From an uncultured Methanosarcinaceae archaeon (lineage in GTDB: Archaea > Halobacteriota > Methanosarcinia > Methanosarcinales > Methanosarcinaceae), in the NCBI GenBank assembly GCA_963847185.1, contig CAWJYV010000001.1, positions 256,001 through 320,000 of the forward strand: a stretch of 64,000 nt of DNA. The letters run 5' to 3'. Positions 62,279-64,000 of this stretch are shown here, one piece after another. The first letter of the stretch is position 1, and the number at the start of each line of letters is the position of its first letter. A program made the position numbers and the translations under genes. Under the pieces are notes generated by a model. It saw only the letters and a program-made list of their open reading frames with translations, searched no databases and had not been told where the DNA came from.

Positions 62279-64000
62279 ATGACAGAAGAAACAGTTAAAG
62301 AAAAAATAAATTTTGGTCCTTCATCATCAATTGATGAATCCGCCGAAAAAGTACGAATCCAGGAATCCAGTAATATTGAAGATAATTTTCAGGTGACACT
62401 CTCTGGAACAGATGGGAACGTTGAGACCGGTCCTACTGATAATTTTGAGAACATATATGTAGCAGGCACAGTCGGCATAGGAGTAGCTTCCCCATCTGAA
62501 AAACTGGAAGTAAGCGGGACAATCAAAGCGATAGCGTTTATGGGCGACGGCTCTGAAATTACCGCCCTTGATGGCAAGAAAATCACTACCGGTATTATTG
62601 AAGATTCCAGGATTCCTTCTACAATCTCCAGGGAAAACCGTTTTGATCCCACCACGGGTCATAAGCACACGGGTGCTGCAGGTGACGGGCCTATAATTTC
62701 TCATAGCAAGCTTGACGAGGTCCTATCGGCCAATCCGGACTCAAGTGATACCGTCACAAATAAACATATCAGCGATGCACTGGCTAAAGGATGGCAAGAT
62801 CATATAACGATTAAGTCTGGAAATCCACATAGGACAACTGCAATAGATATTGGTGCACTGCCGATTAGCGGAGGGGCTATAAATGGGACTCTTCAAGTTG
62901 AGACTCTTCAAGTTAACGGCAAAATCGAAACAGCTGGCACCGTAGATGGTGTGGAGATATCCAACTGTTTCGATCCTTCGAGAGGACATAAGCATACAGG
63001 TGCTGCAGGTGACGGACCCAAAATATCTCACAGCAATCTTGGGGATATCATTCCAGCCAACACGGAGTCAACTGATACAACTTCAACCAAGCATGTCAGC
63101 GATGCATTAGCCAAGGGATGGCAAGACCACATAACGATTATGTCTGGAAATCCACATGGGGCGACTGCAATAGATGTAGGGGCACTGTCGATTAGCGGAG
63201 GGACTATAAATGGGACTCTTCAAGTTAACGGCAATATTGGCATTGGGACGGATACACCAAGTGGGAAACTGGATGTTAGAGGAGATATTCGTGCTGGGAA
63301 TTCTGATCTTTACTTTACAAAGGTAGACCATAATCATACAGGAATTGGAAATACCGATGGTCTTGCTGCTATTGAGAATGCAGCTGATTATGGAGCACTG
63401 ATGATTTTAGGGCGACAAGTGGTCAATAAAAGAATTGTCCGTTTATGGGATTACCTGCAAATTAATGGAAGTATGGATATTACTGGGAACGTCGGCATAG
63501 GGACTACGAATCCAAAAGATAAGCTTGATGTGTACGGAACTATCAGACTTTCCGGAAAAAATGCATTTGAAGATGCAAAAGACGGTTATCTACGGATTAA
63601 TAACCTAAATGAGTTTCCGAAAGGAACTACTTTTCCTCATCGTGTAAGTTTTTTCGGTGGGATTACAACAGGTGACTGGTATGAGGTAGATCCTGGACAC
63701 GGGAACCTACTTGTAAATGGCAAAGTTGGTATCGGGACTACAAATCCATCAGCTAGGTTAGAAGTGAACGGGAATATCAAAGCTAATAGCAGTGAGCTGG
63801 AAAGCCTATCTGTGAAAGGCAACGTCGGCATTGGAACATCTTTCCCATCTGAAAAACTGGAAGTTAACGGAGATATAAAAGTAAGTGGACAAATTGTTCA
63901 AGAAGATTGGAATGCGCCACAATTAAGTGAAGATTGGACAACTATGTCACCTCCTCATAACCCCCCAGGTTATTTCCTCGATAAGAGCGGAGTTGTACAT
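62279..64000 (+). CDS. Tail fibre 2 (partial, runs off the window; absent from ORF track)
   Basis: ATG 62279 with GGAGG SD, open for 574 codons. Five (V/I)GIG-x3-P-x2-(K/R)L(E/D)V-x-G repeats, two GHKHTGAAGDGP...KH.SDALAKGWQDHI...GNPH modules, and a terminal W..P.L...W......PGYF.D.SGVVH tip-like motif. Confidence 0.88.
   Translation, partial: MTEETVKEKINFGPSSSIDESAEKVRIQESSNIEDNFQVTLSGTDGNVETGPTDNFENIYVAGTVGIGVASPSEKLEVSGTIKAIAFMGDGSEITALDGKKITTGIIEDSRIPSTISRENRFDPTTGHKHTGAAGDGPIISHSKLDEVLSANPDSSDTVTNKHISDALAKGWQDHITIKSGNPHRTTAIDIGALPISGGAINGTLQVETLQVNGKIETAGTVDGVEISNCFDPSRGHKHTGAAGDGPKISHSNLGDIIPANTESTDTTSTKHVSDALAKGWQDHITIMSGNPHGATAIDVGALSISGGTINGTLQVNGNIGIGTDTPSGKLDVRGDIRAGNSDLYFTKVDHNHTGIGNTDGLAAIENAADYGALMILGRQVVNKRIVRLWDYLQINGSMDITGNVGIGTTNPKDKLDVYGTIRLSGKNAFEDAKDGYLRINNLNEFPKGTTFPHRVSFFGGITTGDWYEVDPGHGNLLVNGKVGIGTTNPSARLEVNGNIKANSSELESLSVKGNVGIGTSFPSEKLEVNGDIKVSGQIVQEDWNAPQLSEDWTTMSPPHNPPGYFLDKSGVVH

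Larger units (their letters stand above)
40454..64000 (+). other. Contractile injection system (eCIS, PVC/Afp-like) gene cluster, continuing past the window end
   Basis: Co-oriented ATPase, DUF4255, sheath, tubes, chaperone, LysM, hub, spike, PAAR, gp25, baseplate J x2, gpI and fibres; no head, packaging or integration genes seen. Confidence 0.93.

Noticed and set aside
40821-64000. Prophage or provirus interpretation of the tail genes
   Set aside because: No capsid, portal, terminase, integrase or replication genes in view; the Afp15-like ATPase, DUF4255, two tubes and PAAR fit an eCIS. The downstream flank is unseen.
40821-64000. Canonical bacterial T6SS
   Set aside because: No TssJLM membrane complex, TssK, ClpV or split TssB/TssC; the sheath is a single phage-like gene.
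59682-64000. Diversity-generating retroelement or invertase shufflon acting on the fibres
   Set aside because: Repeat differences are not adenine-specific, the copies are direct and coding, and no reverse transcriptase or recombinase lies in the window.

Overview
This is an archaeal window, almost certainly Methanosarcina (mch, DUF1699, DUF2124, iorAB-paaK, long AT-rich intergenic tracts with MITEs). Bases 1-40,000 are mostly housekeeping and accessory genes: a DUF362 Fe-S protein, iorAB-paaK, mscS, a VOC protein, a U32 protein, mch, a secreted beta-helix protein, MarC, Hsp20, radC, mobB-moaE, mobA, TudS-like and TtuA-like genes, NUDIX, CMD, an M6 metalloprotease and taw2. Several pseudogenes, unannotated small ORFs and several MITE-like elements are interspersed. 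From about 40,450 to the window end lies a co-oriented contractile injection system (eCIS, PVC/Afp-like) locus. It encodes an AAA+ ATPase, DUF4255 cap, sheath, two tubes, tail-assembly chaperone, tape-measure candidate, LysM tube initiator, gp27-like hub, gp5-like spike, PAAR, gp25, two baseplate-J proteins, a gpI-like protein and two tail-fibre genes, with no capsid, portal, terminase or integrase in view. Main highlights: (1) a phage-style -1 programmed frameshift (GGGGGAA) that would fuse the chaperone to a start-less DUF6760-like frame; (2) a second, unannotated modular tail fibre lacking the baseplate anchor; (3) one insert domain repeated across both baseplate proteins; (4) an in-frame amber codon in a ferritin-like gene of a pyrrolysine-using genus; (5) an ACG start codon. 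All family assignments come from motif recognition by eye; no database search was run.
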